Assembly (NCBI GenBank): GCA_017654855.1 | Contig: CM030334.1 | Location: 2,480,001 to 2,544,000, forward strand | DNA: 64,000 nt | DNA from: Podospora anserina | Lineage: Eukaryota | Direction of reading: 5' to 3' | In this document: in pieces, positions 62,423 to 64,000 of the stretch | Layout: the number at the start of each line of letters is the position of its first letter | How positions within the stretch are numbered: the first letter of the stretch is position 1 | Notes under the pieces: generated by a model | The model's input: only the letters and a program-made list of their open reading frames with translations | Database searches by the model: none | What the model was told of the DNA's origin: nothing | Position numbers and translations under genes: made by a program

Positions 62423-63106
62423 GGTGGCAAGGGGCAGTCAAGCTGTGCTCCGGAACGGATATGCTTGTTACTGTGGAACGGGATGGAGGTATGCTGATAA
62501 GGAGCAAAGGGATAAAAAGACTGAAAGGGGAAACATGGGAGGCCAAGGACACACGGCTGTAGCCGCGCTGGCAGGGCCCGGCTCCTCTTAAGTACCGGGG
62601 AGCGCACCCTTGCAGGAGACAAAAGGAAGCGGAGGAAGCAGCCAGTGGTGGAGCGCGAGGATGAGGATGAGATTGGGGACGGGGTTCTTGGGTCTTGGGT
62701 GTATGCGTGTGAGAGGTGAGGCGGGGGATGGGCTTACAGGATGTCTCTAATAGCAGAAAGACAGCGACTGGTTCCAGAGGTTCCAAACAAGGGCGGCTGC
62801 ACCACCAGGCTGCCCTAGTATGCACAAAAACACGTCTGGCAGCGGCGTACGAGGAAGGCCGTTGGCAGGGGTGAGGTTTTCGGGAACCTTATTATTTGCG
62901 CGTCAACGGAGAGTCCAGTGACTTTCTGAGTTTGGCTGCGGAGTGAGGGGTGGAGCCTCGAACTCGGCAGGATAATGTTCAACTCACCTTGAATCAATCA
63001 CGGGGGGAGACAGAGAGGAGCGACGTGTGATACGGGCGAGGGTGGCTATGGCAGCTGGAGCTGATTCAGATAGTTAGAGATGGATGGCTCTTGTGACATG
63101 TATCCT

Positions 63107-63138
63107 GTGTGTGTGCGTGCGTGTGTGTGTGTGTGTGT
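63107..63138. repeat. Interrupted (GT)n microsatellite
   Basis: GTGTGTGTGCGTGCGTGTGTGTGTGTGTGTGT, upstream of YPD1. Confidence 0.9.
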
Positions 63139-64000
63139 ATGCCCGAGAAAGGATCTGATGAAGGGCGAAATTTTATCCACGGCGGGGTTGAGGGGTCGGG
63201 TCGGAGCGAGGGGTCGAGGGGTAAAGGGGACTCTTGATGGTACCGGGAGAGCCCTCGCGGCCCCGGCACAGGAATGGATAGGAAAGAGGAGAGCGTGACT
63301 GACTATTTTACGACAAGACCTGTAGGGATCCAGGAGTGGAGGGCAGACGCGGGCGGGGAGGGGAGGTTGGAGGTTGGTGGTGTAAAGGCTTGTCTGTCCA
63401 GCTGGCACTCTGTAGAGCGGCGCCGGCAACGTAGGAGCAAGGTATTAAAGGGTGGTAAAGTAGATGATAGGTAGGTTGGGTGTCCTGCTGGTGGAGAAGA
63501 GGGTGGGCATAAGATCTGGCACGACAGATAATAAATAGCGTTGCCAAAACGGGTGGCAGTCTGGCTGCAATCCAGTGAAAAACCTAATCGCACACAAGCA
63601 ATAGGTAATTCAGCACCGCGGCACCTCGCTCAGCTCTCAGTCATGACACATCCATTAGCTTCTCTTTGTCCCTTGGCCGTCTTGAGCCAGCTATTACTGT
63701 ATCTACAAGCAAGATGGCCTATTTCACGCACTTTCTTCGCGATCGTTCTGTCTGGTTTGCTTTTGCCAGCGCTGCCCCCCGTAGCTGTCTCAACAAGTCG
63801 GACGGGCATTTGCAGGTGCTCGGGGGTTCCTGGGCCAGACGTCACTTCCGTTTTGAGGTGCAGAGGTGCAGCGGTGGTGACGCGGGTGACGCAAGGGTAC
63901 TGGCACCAACGACCCAGCCCAGGTACGGAGTAATACCTACTGTGTCTGGCGAGATCGCAGCATTTCGGACTGGATCTGGTATCTGTCGCTGCTCTGGAAA

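Noticed and set aside
62440-62987. Possible 5' UTR intron of YPD1 (AAG|GTGAGT donor at 62987)
   Set aside because: The donor is strong but I found no unambiguous branch site or acceptor; it cannot be supported without transcript data.
1-64000. Transposons, tRNA/rRNA genes, CRISPR arrays and NLR/HET genes
   Set aside because: I recognised no transposase or RT motifs, LTRs/TIRs, tRNA cloverleafs, spaced direct repeats or NACHT/HET motifs by eye. Short RNA genes could have been missed.

Overview
This is eukaryotic, intron-rich DNA from a filamentous ascomycete. GTRAGT/CTRAC/YAG introns of about 50-70 nt and the gene set point to Sordariales; Podospora-like is my inference from composition and gene style. 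About 22 spliced protein genes can be reconstructed, mostly housekeeping: Apc15-like, BET1, CHZ1, EMC10-like, PHO80/preg cyclin, ARMC8/GID5, VTC2/3, mitochondrial uL24, RHO1, AVT2-like transporter, GPI aspartic protease, PTAR1/ECM9-like, GET1, RUD3-like golgin, NOP15, a 2H phosphoesterase, YPD1/HPt, and several conserved hypotheticals. Two things are not evident from the ORF track. (1) An accessory island at about 43.8-48.8 kb holds a tandem family of Cys-domain/Ser-Thr stalk/TM/'KAQLH...EL[PQD]-repeat tail' membrane proteins: one intact copy, two pseudogenised copies, and an extra orphan TM+tail exon with its own phase-matched splice acceptor (a candidate alternative terminal exon). (2) A spliced 27-aa Cys-rich micro-gene lies at 25931-26078. 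I recognised no tRNA, rRNA, transposon or CRISPR. All family assignments come from motif recall, not database searches.
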